A stretch of 64,000 nucleotides of DNA from assembly GCA_902780865.1 (NCBI GenBank), contig CACZHC010000042.1, positions 279-64,278 of the forward strand, given 5' to 3'. This stretch comes from an uncultured bacterium. GTDB lineage: Bacteria; Verrucomicrobiota; Kiritimatiellia; RFP12; UBA1067. The notes below the pieces were generated by a model. It saw only the letters and a list, made by a program, of their open reading frames with translations. It did not search any database and was not told the origin of the DNA. Of the stretch, positions 18,906 to 28,057 are shown in pieces (positions within the stretch are counted from its first letter, which is position 1; each line of letters opens with the position of its first letter). The position numbers and the translations under genes were made by a program.

Positions 18906-20207
18906 ATGGCGAAGAGAGTGATGCTCATTGGCGCTGGCGGAGTTGCCGGAGTTGCGGCGGCGAAGATGGCCCAGAACCCTGACGTGTTCGGCGAGATCCT
19001 TATCGCCTCGCGCACGCAGTCGCGTTGCGACGCCATCAAGGCGGACATTGACCGTCGCGCGGCCGAAGGAAAGGGCGCGTGGGCAAAGGCGACTACGGCT
19101 CCTGCGAAGATCACGACTGCGCAGATTGACGCGATGGATACGCCGCGTCTCGTCGCGATGATCCGCGAGTTCAAGCCCGACCTCGTCATGAACATCGCGC
19201 TTCCCTATCAGGATCTCGCGATCATGGACGCGTGTCTCGCGGCTGGCGTGAGCTACCTGGACACCGCCAACTACGAGCCGCCGGACGAGGCGCACTTCGA
19301 GTACTCCTGGCAGTGGGCGTACCGCGAGAAGTTTGAGAAGGCGGGACTTACCGCTATCCTCGGTTGCGGTTTCGACCCTGGCGTAACGCAGGTGTTCTCG
19401 GCCTACGCGCAGAAGCACTACTTCGACACTATCGAGACGCTCGACATTCTCGACTGCAACGGCGGCGATCACGGGTATCCTTTCGCGACGAACTTTAACC
19501 CCGAGATCAACATTCGCGAAGTCGCCGCGAAGGGCAGCTACTGGGTAGCCGATCCTAAGGACGACAAGCCCGAGGTCGCCGTCGAGAACAAGAAGGCATT
19601 CGACAAGGGCTATTGGGTCGAGACCGCGCCTATGGCTATCAAGCGCGAGTATGTCTTTGACCAGGTTGGCAAGAAGGACATGTACCTTCTCCACCACGAG
19701 GAGCTCGAGTCGCTCGGCTGCAACTTGAAGGGCATCAAGCGAATCCGCTTCTTCATGACTTTCGGGCAGAGCTACCTCACTCACCTCAAGTGCCTTGAAA
19801 ACGTCGGGCTTACGCGCATCGACCCGATTGACTTCAAGGGCCAGAAGATCGTTCCTATCGAGTTCTTGAAAGCGCTTCTTCCCGACCCCGCGTCGCTTGG
19901 CCCCCGCACGAAGGGCAAGACGAACATCGGCTGCATCTTCCATGGGTTCAAGGACGGCAAGCCGGTCGACTACTACGTGTACAACGTGTGCGACCATCAG
20001 GAGTGCTACGCCGAGGTTGGCTCGCAGGCGATCAGCTACACGACGGGTGTCCCCGCGATGATCGGCGCCAAGATGTTCCTCGAGGGCAAGTGGACGACTA
20101 AGGGCGTCCACACATGCGAGGAGTTCGATCCCGATCCGTTCATGGCCGAGCTCAACGTTCAGGGTCTTCCGTGGCAGGAGACGTTCGATCCCGTCAAGGT
20201 TCCTTGA
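18906..20207 (+). CDS. carboxynorspermidine synthase/dehydrogenase (saccharopine dehydrogenase family)
   Basis: MLIGAGGVAGV Rossmann start. Length and adjacency to nspC fit the alternative spermidine/norspermidine pathway. Confidence 0.85.
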   Translation: MAKRVMLIGAGGVAGVAAAKMAQNPDVFGEILIASRTQSRCDAIKADIDRRAAEGKGAWAKATTAPAKITTAQIDAMDTPRLVAMIREFKPDLVMNIALPYQDLAIMDACLAAGVSYLDTANYEPPDEAHFEYSWQWAYREKFEKAGLTAILGCGFDPGVTQVFSAYAQKHYFDTIETLDILDCNGGDHGYPFATNFNPEINIREVAAKGSYWVADPKDDKPEVAVENKKAFDKGYWVETAPMAIKREYVFDQVGKKDMYLLHHEELESLGCNLKGIKRIRFFMTFGQSYLTHLKCLENVGLTRIDPIDFKGQKIVPIEFLKALLPDPASLGPRTKGKTNIGCIFHGFKDGKPVDYYVYNVCDHQECYAEVGSQAISYTTGVPAMIGAKMFLEGKWTTKGVHTCEEFDPDPFMAELNVQGLPWQETFDPVKVP

Positions 20208-21346
20208 TGCCAAGATACGTCATCGACGAAGCGGCGCTTGTGCGCAATCTGGAGATTCTAAAAAGCGTCTCCGAGCGTGCGGGCGTTCGCATCCTCCTTG
20301 CGCAGAAGGCGTTTTCGTGCACAGCCGTGTATCCGCTCTGTGCGAAGTATCTCGCGGGCACGACGGCAAGTTCGCTTTTCGAGGCGAAGCACGGTCACGA
20401 CAATTTTGGCGGCGAGACACACGTTTTCGCTCCGGCGTTTATTCCCGAGGAGATGGACGAACTCTTTGGGCTCGTAGACCACATCGTCTTCAATTCGCCG
20501 CGCCAGGTTGCGCTCTACGGCGAAATGGCGCGCAAGCGCGGCGTTTCAGTTGGGCTTAGGGTCAATCCTGAGGTTTCCGTCGCGACGACGCCCGCCTACG
20601 ATCCTTGTCGACCCTCGTCGCGGCTTGGCACGACGCGTACGGTGCTGGATGAGTCGGGGCTTTTCTTGGCCGCAAAGGACGCAAAGAGCGCAAAGGTTGA
20701 TGGTCTGCATTTTCACTGTCTCTGCGAGCAAGGACTTGACGAACTAAAGAAAGTCCTTGCCGGTTTTGAGGAGAAGTTTGGCGAGTTCCTCCCGCAGATG
20801 AAGTGGGTGAACTTCGGCGGCGGGCATCATATCACGCGCGAGGGCTACGACGTCGAGGGGCTTGTTGCGCTTTTGAACGATTTCAAGGCGCGTCACCCGC
20901 ATCTCGTCGTCTATCTTGAACCTGGCGAGGCGATTGCGCTCAATGCGGGAACGCTCGAGTCGCGCGTCCTCGAAATCCAGCCGAAGGGTGCGGACGGCAT
21001 TTTCAACGCGATTCTCGACACGAGCGCCGCGTGCCACATGCCCGACGTCATAGAGATGCCATACACCCCGCCACTCGTCGGTGCCGAGAAGGGGGCTGGC
21101 GGGCCATACGCCTACCGTTTCGGCGGGCCGACCTGCCTCGCCGGCGATGAAATCGGAGTATATTCGTTCAAACACGAGCTGCATGAGGGCGATTTCGTGG
21201 TTTTTGGCGACATGGCGATTTACACGATGGTCAAGAACAACACGTTCAACGGCGTAAACCTGCCCGACATAGTCGTGCGTCATGTGGATGGAAGCGAAGA
21301 ACTCGTCCGAAAGTTCGGCTATGACGACTTTGCTTGCCGCCTCTGA
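20207..21346 (+). CDS. nspC: carboxynorspermidine decarboxylase
   Basis: The ATG overlaps the previous stop (TGATG). MPRYVIDEAAL start. PLP-dependent decarboxylase fold III features (GLHFHCLCEQ, NFGGGHH). Confidence 0.85.
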   Translation: MPRYVIDEAALVRNLEILKSVSERAGVRILLAQKAFSCTAVYPLCAKYLAGTTASSLFEAKHGHDNFGGETHVFAPAFIPEEMDELFGLVDHIVFNSPRQVALYGEMARKRGVSVGLRVNPEVSVATTPAYDPCRPSSRLGTTRTVLDESGLFLAAKDAKSAKVDGLHFHCLCEQGLDELKKVLAGFEEKFGEFLPQMKWVNFGGGHHITREGYDVEGLVALLNDFKARHPHLVVYLEPGEAIALNAGTLESRVLEIQPKGADGIFNAILDTSAACHMPDVIEMPYTPPLVGAEKGAGGPYAYRFGGPTCLAGDEIGVYSFKHELHEGDFVVFGDMAIYTMVKNNTFNGVNLPDIVVRHVDGSEELVRKFGYDDFACRL

Positions 21347-21371
21347 TATCCAACAACTGACGCCGTATTTT

Positions 21372-21380
21372 TGGTATAAT
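21372..21380 (+). promoter_or_regulatory. extended -10 box TGGTATAAT
   Basis: tttttggtataat; a ~23-nt leader with gaaagga lies before the GTG at 21410. Confidence 0.5.
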
Positions 21381-21409
21381 TAGTACTTCACATTGAAAGG
21401 ACAAGACAA

Positions 21410-22684
21410 GTGAAGATTGACACACTATGCGTTCAGGGCGGCTGGTACCCCAAATGCGGCGAGCCGCGCCAGGTTCCCGTGTATTCGTCTACGACGTTCA
21501 AGTACGATACGACGCAGCACATGGCGGACCTCTTTGACCTGAAGGCGCCAGGATATTTCTACACTCGACTCGCGAACCCGACGAACGATGCGGTGGCGAA
21601 GAAGATTGCCGCGCTTGAAGGTGGTGTCGCGGCGATTCTCACGAGCTCCGGACAGGCGGCTTCTACGTTCGCGATCCTTAATCTCTGCAACGCTGGCGAC
21701 CATGTCGTCTCCTCGGCACAGATCTACGGCGGCACGTTCAATCTCTTTGCCGTATCGCTCAAGAAGCTCGGCATCGAGTTCACATTCGTCGACCCCGACG
21801 CGACGCCCGCGGAGATACAGAAGGCGTTCCGCCCGAATACGAAGTGCGTTTTCGGCGAGACGGTCGCGAATCCCTCGGGCTGCGTTCTCGACATCGCGAA
21901 GTTCGCCAAGGTCGCGCACAAGAACGGCGTGCCGCTCATCGTAGACAACACCTTCCCCACCCCGATTCTCTGCCGTCCGTTCGAATTCGGCTGCGACATC
22001 GTCACCCACGCGACGACGAAGTACATGGACGGCCACTCCTCGCAGGTTGGCGGCTGCATCGTCGACTCCGGCAACTTCGACTGGTCGAAGCACGCCGACA
22101 AGTTCCCCGGCCTCGTCGAGCCCGACGCCTCCTACCATGGTCTCAGCTACGTGAAGGCGTTCGGCAAGATGGCCTACATCGTGAAGTGCACCGCGCACCT
22201 GATGCGCGACTTCGGCTCGATCCCCTCGCCGTTCAACGCGTTCCTCCTGAACCTCGGCCTCGAGTCGCTGCACCTCAGGATACGTCGCCACGCGGAGTCT
22301 GCGCTCAAGATCGCCAAGTGGCTCAAGACCCAGAAGAAGGTCGCGTGGGTCAACTTCGCCGGTCTCCCCGGCTCGAAGTACAACAAACTCGTCAAGAAGC
22401 AGTTCAACGGCAACTCGCCGTGCGGCGTGATGACGTTCGGCATCAAGGGCGGCAGGAAGGCGTCCATCAAGTTCATGGACTCGCTGAAGCTCATTGGTAT
22501 CGTGACGCACGTTGCCGACGCCTGGAGCTGCGTCCTGCATCCTGCTTCGCACACGCACCGCCAGCTTACGGACGCGCAGCTCAAGGCTGCCGGCATCCCG
22601 CCGGATCTCATCCGCCTTTCGGTGGGCCTCGAGGATCCAGACGATCTCATTGCCGACATTAAGCAGGCACTGGCGAAGGTGTGA
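21410..22684 (+). CDS. metY: O-acetylhomoserine aminocarboxypropyltransferase/sulfhydrylase
   Basis: 424-aa Cys/Met-metabolism PLP enzyme (..STTFKYDT.., HATTKYMDGHS with the PLP lysine). Confidence 0.9.
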   Translation: MKIDTLCVQGGWYPKCGEPRQVPVYSSTTFKYDTTQHMADLFDLKAPGYFYTRLANPTNDAVAKKIAALEGGVAAILTSSGQAASTFAILNLCNAGDHVVSSAQIYGGTFNLFAVSLKKLGIEFTFVDPDATPAEIQKAFRPNTKCVFGETVANPSGCVLDIAKFAKVAHKNGVPLIVDNTFPTPILCRPFEFGCDIVTHATTKYMDGHSSQVGGCIVDSGNFDWSKHADKFPGLVEPDASYHGLSYVKAFGKMAYIVKCTAHLMRDFGSIPSPFNAFLLNLGLESLHLRIRRHAESALKIAKWLKTQKKVAWVNFAGLPGSKYNKLVKKQFNGNSPCGVMTFGIKGGRKASIKFMDSLKLIGIVTHVADAWSCVLHPASHTHRQLTDAQLKAAGIPPDLIRLSVGLEDPDDLIADIKQALAKV

Positions 22685-22742
22685 TGTTTAAAGTTAAAAG
22701 TTTAAAGTCTGAAGTCAAGGAATAACGGAGAGGATTCGTTCT

Positions 22743-25700
22743 ATGGCAGGTTTCAAAAATGCCGACAATCGCAGAGTTGACTGGCTGATCGCGCTTGCGC
22801 TCGGAGGCGTGGCTGCGCTTCTCTACTTCTGCACAATGGCGTCGTGCGCATACCCGGGCGAAGGCGCGCACCTGATGACGTTGTGGAAGGGCCTCGACTC
22901 TGCGGCGGTCAACGTCCATCCCCTGATGGCGATATTCGCGCGCCTGTTCGGGTGCTCGAACGTCCTTGGTCCGCTTTGCGGAATCGTCTCTGTCGTTGCA
23001 CTGTACCACCTGACGTCTTTCTTCGTCAGGGAGCGCATTGGCGGCGAGATGCTTGCCCAGTATGCCGACCCCATGGGGCGATTGGCGGGAATCGTCGCGG
23101 CCGTCGTGTTCATGGCGACTCCAGCCGTCCAGCAGTCGTTCGTGCACTTGAGCTCGTTCTCCTTTGACGCTGCATGGGCTCTTGTCACTGCGACGTTTCT
23201 TATTCCGTATGCCCGTGCCGGAAAGGGGTCTGGGTGGATGTATCCGATCCTCATCGGCGTCTTCGCCGGTCTCGGGTTCGCCGACTCACCGCTTTTCGGT
23301 CTCCTTGCGCCGCTCTACTTCGGCGGTGTCTGGGCCGTTTCGGGCAAGCGCGGCGGCAAGCCCTACGGCGCGGCGTTCGGGTTCCTGCTCGTTGCAATCG
23401 TCACGCTCTTCGTCTACGCTCCCAGCGCCTCAGGCAATTTCACCGAGCACATGCGCGCTCACTGGAACGAGACGAAGATGTGGTTCTCCGCCGAGGGCTG
23501 GTTCCTCGTCGGCGCATTTGCGGTGCTGCCGTTCATCGTGGCGCTCTACTCGAGCTTCGGCGCGTACAACCGCGAGAGCGGGCTTTCCCAGTGGATATAC
23601 CATGTCGCGATGAGCTTCGTTACGATTCTCGCGCTTGCTACTCCGCTTTCTCCTTCGACGCTCATGCGTCCCTACGGGCTTCTCCCCGTGGTGCCCTGCG
23701 CGCTTGCGGCGTTTACCGCCGCCTATCTCGTGACGTACTGGTGGCTTCTTGCCATGGCGAAGGTGCGCAAGAACGAGTCAATTGAAGAGGTGCCCGTTGC
23801 GATGAAGGGCCGCACGCTTGCGCTCGCCGTCCTGCCTGTTCTGTCGCTCGTGATGTTCATTACGATTTTGCTTAACCTGTTTTCATTCGACGGTTCGCGC
23901 GGTGACTTCGCGGACCGCACGGCAGAGAAGCTTCTCGCGGACCTCGGCGACCGCACCTGGTTCATAACGGACGGGCTTCTTGACGACCACCTGCGCCTCG
24001 CCGCGGCCAAGTCCGGAAAGGAACTCAATCTCGTATGCCTCCAGCGCGATCTCGACGAGCTCTATCTCGGCGATCTCGCGAAGCTCGTCGAGAAGAAGGG
24101 GATTGGCGGCGACAAGAACCGCGAGCTTTCGATTTCGCTTTCGCTTGGCGTCCTCGCGTTCGTCCAGGACTGGTTCGCTGCAGATCCCGACATCGCGAAG
24201 AAGGCCGCAATATTCGGCGCTCCTGACCTCTGGTATGCGGCCGGGATAAAGGCGGTGCCCGAGTTCCTCTTCTTTGGCGCCGATCCCGAGCGCAAGCCCG
24301 ACTGGAGCGCGTGGGACGAGTTCGACAAGGTCCTCGCCCCGCCGAAAGACGTAAAGGAATGGGGCAGCTACCGTCTCTGGAAGGAAAACGACCCTATCGA
24401 GCTGATGCGCCTCCGGCTTCGCCGCCATCTCGGACTCGTCGCGAACGACCGCGGCGTATGGCTCCAGGACACAGGCGACGACGATGGCGCGTTCAACATG
24501 TACGAGCTCGTCCTCAACTCGATCGACAAGGACAACGTCTGCGCTCTCTTCAACGAGTTCGAGATGGCGCGCGCCGGACATCCAAAGGCGTCGCGCAGGA
24601 AAAACGACATCGAGAAGGAGTTCAAGGCGATTGTAGAGGACAGGGAGCGCCGCTATGTGCTCTGGAAGCTGGCCAACGTCTACGGCTACATAAGGAACCC
24701 AGAGATATTCGTCCGCCTCGGCTATGCGTGGGCTAAGTCTGGCCGTCCTGGCGAGGCGCTGAACCAGATTCGCCGTGCAATTGACTTTGTCCCGACCGAG
24801 CGCCGCTCGAGCCTGCTCAACATGATGGCCGCGCTCTATGCGAGCGACAGCGACGTGAAGAGGTCGAGGGCGACGTACGAGGAAGTGCTATCCAAGGACT
24901 CCGAGAACCACGACGCTCTCGTAGGCCTCATGCGCCTCGAGCTTCTTGAAGGCAACAGCGCAAGGGCTATAGAGTATCTCGAGCGCGCGACGAAGGCGGC
25001 GCAAGACGATCCTCGCGTTGCGATCGAAGTCGCGATGCTCCACCTCATGAAGAACGAGCTCGCCGAGGCCAAGGCGATGCTCACGAAGTCGACGGACCTC
25101 GATCCGGCGAACCTCCAGGCGTGGTCGCTTCTCGCAGCCGTGTCCTTCCAGCAGTTCGACGCGTCGAAGGATCCTGCCGAAAAGGCGACGCTCCTCAAGA
25201 ACGTCGAGAACGTCATCCTTCCTGAAATGGAGAAAAACGCCAAGGACTCCAACGACTACAACATCCAGTCCACGCGCGCGTTTTTTATGCTGCGCCAGGG
25301 CAACGAGAAGCGCAAGGCCGCGCGCGACATGTTCGCCGCGGCGATCAAGACGCGCCCCGACGTCCAGGCGACGCAGGACATAGTGCTTGGTCTCGACATT
25401 TCCCTCAACGACACGGCTGATGCGGAGTTCCACGCCAAGGAAGTGCTGCGCCGCAACCGCAAGGCCCCGCTTGCCAACTACGTCATGGGCTCGCTCGCGC
25501 TGCAGAAGGGCAAGTACGAGGAGGCCGAGATGTTCCTCAGAAGAGCGTGCGACACCTCGCGTCCAGTCGTGCTTGCGCAGAACGACCTTGCCGAAGTGTT
25601 AAGGCGCACGAAGCGACTCGAAGAGGCAGAGCGCTACGCCCGTCTCGCGGTCCGCACCTCTCCCGAGCTCTATGTCGCGTGGGAGACGCTCGGGTCCATT

Positions 25701-25946
25701 CTCCTTGACGCCAAGGGGGACCTCAACGAAGCCGAGCAGTGCATCTCCAAGGCGTGCGAGCTTTCGAAGTCCGAGTCAGGCAAGGAGGAGGACGTGCGCA
25801 TGCTCATCGCCCTTGCGAGGGTGCAGGTCGCGAAGGGCGATCGCCAGCGCGCCAACATGACGATCCGCAAGGTCAGGGGCCGCGTAAAGGAATTGTCGGA
25901 TTTCGAGCGTGCGGAATTCGAGGAGCTCAGCAAGAGTGTTCGCTGA
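22743..25946 (+). CDS. polytopic membrane protein, GT-C-like (DUF2723/PMT-like, tentative) N domain plus C-terminal TPR repeats
   Basis: 1067 aa. About 10 hydrophobic segments in the first ~380 aa, with YPGEG..VHPLM near the N terminus. Multiple TPR-like repeats in the C half. Confidence 0.6.
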   Translation: MAGFKNADNRRVDWLIALALGGVAALLYFCTMASCAYPGEGAHLMTLWKGLDSAAVNVHPLMAIFARLFGCSNVLGPLCGIVSVVALYHLTSFFVRERIGGEMLAQYADPMGRLAGIVAAVVFMATPAVQQSFVHLSSFSFDAAWALVTATFLIPYARAGKGSGWMYPILIGVFAGLGFADSPLFGLLAPLYFGGVWAVSGKRGGKPYGAAFGFLLVAIVTLFVYAPSASGNFTEHMRAHWNETKMWFSAEGWFLVGAFAVLPFIVALYSSFGAYNRESGLSQWIYHVAMSFVTILALATPLSPSTLMRPYGLLPVVPCALAAFTAAYLVTYWWLLAMAKVRKNESIEEVPVAMKGRTLALAVLPVLSLVMFITILLNLFSFDGSRGDFADRTAEKLLADLGDRTWFITDGLLDDHLRLAAAKSGKELNLVCLQRDLDELYLGDLAKLVEKKGIGGDKNRELSISLSLGVLAFVQDWFAADPDIAKKAAIFGAPDLWYAAGIKAVPEFLFFGADPERKPDWSAWDEFDKVLAPPKDVKEWGSYRLWKENDPIELMRLRLRRHLGLVANDRGVWLQDTGDDDGAFNMYELVLNSIDKDNVCALFNEFEMARAGHPKASRRKNDIEKEFKAIVEDRERRYVLWKLANVYGYIRNPEIFVRLGYAWAKSGRPGEALNQIRRAIDFVPTERRSSLLNMMAALYASDSDVKRSRATYEEVLSKDSENHDALVGLMRLELLEGNSARAIEYLERATKAAQDDPRVAIEVAMLHLMKNELAEAKAMLTKSTDLDPANLQAWSLLAAVSFQQFDASKDPAEKATLLKNVENVILPEMEKNAKDSNDYNIQSTRAFFMLRQGNEKRKAARDMFAAAIKTRPDVQATQDIVLGLDISLNDTADAEFHAKEVLRRNRKAPLANYVMGSLALQKGKYEEAEMFLRRACDTSRPVVLAQNDLAEVLRRTKRLEEAERYARLAVRTSPELYVAWETLGSILLDAKGDLNEAEQCISKACELSKSESGKEEDVRMLIALARVQVAKGDRQRANMTIRKVRGRVKELSDFERAEFEELSKSVR

Positions 25947-27069
25947 ACTTCTCCTTGCCGCAACTTTCCAGGTCGGGCCGTTCTACGAACAGCGACCCGC
26001 CGACGACTATCTCGCCGTACGCCCGTTCTACGCCCACGAGGGCGATGTCGACGACGTCCTCTGGCCGGTCTTTACCTCCCACCGCGACTGGTGGCGGTTT
26101 TGCTTCTTCCTCCACTACCAGAACCAGGACGACGGCGGCTGGCAGTTTGACTTCATGCCGCTTTGGTTCAATGGGCACAAGCCGCAGCGCGGCGAATCTG
26201 CCGCGGAGGACTACTGGGGGCTTTTCCCGATCTACGGCCACCATCCGCATCTTCTCCTGATGTACGACATCGACTTTGCGCTTTGGCCTGTCTGGACGCG
26301 ATACAAGATGCCGCGTCCTTCCGAGGGGAAGTGGCTCACGACGAACACGGTGCTTTTCCCGTTCTTCAGCTGGCGCGACGATGGCGCCTGGAGTTTCTGG
26401 CCGCTCTACGGGATAAACCACCAGCGCGAGAGCGACCATCAGTACGCCCTCTGGCCGATCGTCACTTGGGCTAATTACCGTGAGGATCGCGACACTGCTG
26501 GAGAGGGAAACTCGTGGATGGTCTGGCCGCTTGTCGGGCGCGTTGACCGAGAGCGAGAACGCCAGTGGCTTTTTATCCCGCCGTTTTTCTCGTGGACTGA
26601 GGTTAGGAACAGGGGCTGGCTTGGCGAGCCAGGGGTGCGTCTGCGTTGCCCTTGGCCGATTGTCGACATCGAGGCGACGTCGTCGCGTGATCGCGTGTCG
26701 ATCTTTCCTCTTTATGAGCATGTTACGCTGAACTCATACGCCCAGGAGAGCGGTGGCCAGGTTTCGTCTTCTGTCACGCGCTTTGGCTGGAAGCTTGTAG
26801 AGCTCTATGACGACGAGACGCGCGTCTTTCCTTTCTGGACAAGCCGCAAGGACGATTCGTATTTCCGCCTTTGGCCTTTCTGGGAGACGGAGACCATGAA
26901 AGACGGCTCGTCGAAGTCTAGGCTACTTGCGCTTTTCCCGATGCGCTGGGTTCCTTCTGTAGACCGCAATTGGTCCAAGTTCTGGACGTTCTATGAGAAG
27001 GAGAGCAATCCCGTCTGCACATACCATTCGCTCCTGTGGGGAATCATAAGATGGAGGACGGTCAAGTGA
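25936..27069 (+). CDS. W-P repeat protein of unknown function
   Basis: GTG at 25936 is preceded by gaggag (track start GTG 25909). About ten degenerate repeats of type (L/F)WP(L/V/I)(F/Y/V)...; overlaps both neighbouring genes. Confidence 0.6.
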   Translation: MFAELLLAATFQVGPFYEQRPADDYLAVRPFYAHEGDVDDVLWPVFTSHRDWWRFCFFLHYQNQDDGGWQFDFMPLWFNGHKPQRGESAAEDYWGLFPIYGHHPHLLLMYDIDFALWPVWTRYKMPRPSEGKWLTTNTVLFPFFSWRDDGAWSFWPLYGINHQRESDHQYALWPIVTWANYREDRDTAGEGNSWMVWPLVGRVDRERERQWLFIPPFFSWTEVRNRGWLGEPGVRLRCPWPIVDIEATSSRDRVSIFPLYEHVTLNSYAQESGGQVSSSVTRFGWKLVELYDDETRVFPFWTSRKDDSYFRLWPFWETETMKDGSSKSRLLALFPMRWVPSVDRNWSKFWTFYEKESNPVCTYHSLLWGIIRWRTVK

Positions 27070-27960
27070 CGCAGCGAATCAGTGCGTGGCTTCGAGCCCT
27101 GAGGGTGAACCAGTGGACGAAGAACGGGATCGTCTTCCTCGCGTGGTTCTTTGCCGTCGCAGACCCGTCGCAGGCGGCACTGGCACGCGGCATAAGGCCA
27201 TTCATTCTTGTCGCCGCGATGGCCGTCGCATTTTGCTTTATCTCGAGCGCGTTCTATCTTCTCAATGACGTAGCAGACTTCGAGGCCGACCGTCTCCATC
27301 CGATAAAGCGGCTGCGTCCCGTCGCGGCTGGGCTTGTGTCGCGCATCGACGCGGTCAGGGTCGCGCTTTCGCTTTTTGCCATTGCGCTGATGTTCCCGTG
27401 CTATCTCGTCTTTCGCCATCCCGACCGCACATGGGGCTTTGCGGTAATCCTAATCTACTCCGTGATGCAGTGTGCTTATTCTGGGTTCCTGAAGCGTCTT
27501 CCATACATCGACGTCGTTGTTATCGCGGCGGGCTTTGTCCTTCGCGCGATTGCCGGTGCTGCGGCGATGAACGTGCGAATCTCGCCGTGGCTTCTTGCCT
27601 GCGCGTTTGCGCTTTCGCTCCATCGAGTCGCGCGAGGCGCTCAAGGGCTACCATCCAATTGTGCTTGACGCGCTGATGTTCGCGTCGGCTCTTGCGACGC
27701 TTGTCGTCTATACGTGGTACACTCTTTCGCCCGACACGGTGGCGCGCTTCGGGACGCGCTATCTTGTCGTCACCGCCGTCTTTGTCGCGCTTGGGCTTGT
27801 GCGCTACATACGGCTCGTATACTCGAAAGCCGACGTTGGCCGCCCCGAGAAGATACTCCTTTCCGACTGGCCGATGTGGATTATACTTGCGGGCTACGGC
27901 GTTTCAGCCGTCGTCGTCGTCCTGTTGCGTCACGTCGTTATCGTCTCGAGTGTCGGCTGA
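27051..27960 (+). pseudogene. UbiA-family decaprenyl-phosphate phosphoribosyltransferase-like prenyltransferase, frameshifted near 27615-27622
   Basis: NDVADFEADRLHPIKRLRPVAAG matches the DPPRT-type NDxxDxxxD(R)xHPxKxxRP motif. The first frame ends ..ISPWLLACAFALSL then nonsense and a stop at 27668. The +1 frame continues IESREALKGYHPIVLD..GRPEKILLSDWPMWII to 27960. Confidence 0.75.
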
Positions 27961-28042
27961 TTCCTCGGTGATGCAAGTTTGTGGCATAATGCCGCCATGT
28001 CGAACTTTGGCGAATTCGATGTGGCGGCGGGTGGCTCATATT

Positions 28043-28051
28043 TGGTATAAT
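28043..28051 (+). promoter_or_regulatory. extended -10 box TGGTATAAT, 6 nt before the ATG at 28058 (leaderless)
   Basis: atttggtataat tagcac ATG. Confidence 0.55.
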
Positions 28052-28057
28052 TAGCAC

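Noticed and set aside
18900-20213. 437-aa minus ORF covering the carboxynorspermidine dehydrogenase gene. Similar full-length shadows occur at 28160..29614, 29469..30932, 31119..32084, 35651..36877, 37674..38849, 38665..40170, 40121..41377, 15180..16283 and 21425..22558.
   Set aside because: Each is antisense to a gene with clear family motifs. Their composition is Arg/Leu/Val/Asp-rich and low-information, and no independent signals support them.
20672-20696. cgcaaagga cgcaaagag cgcaaaggt triple 9-mer inside nspC (AKDAKSAKV), possibly related to the acgcaaag arm of the 55418 palindrome
   Set aside because: Too short and in frame with a plausible surface loop. The similarity to the palindrome arm is only 7-8 nt.
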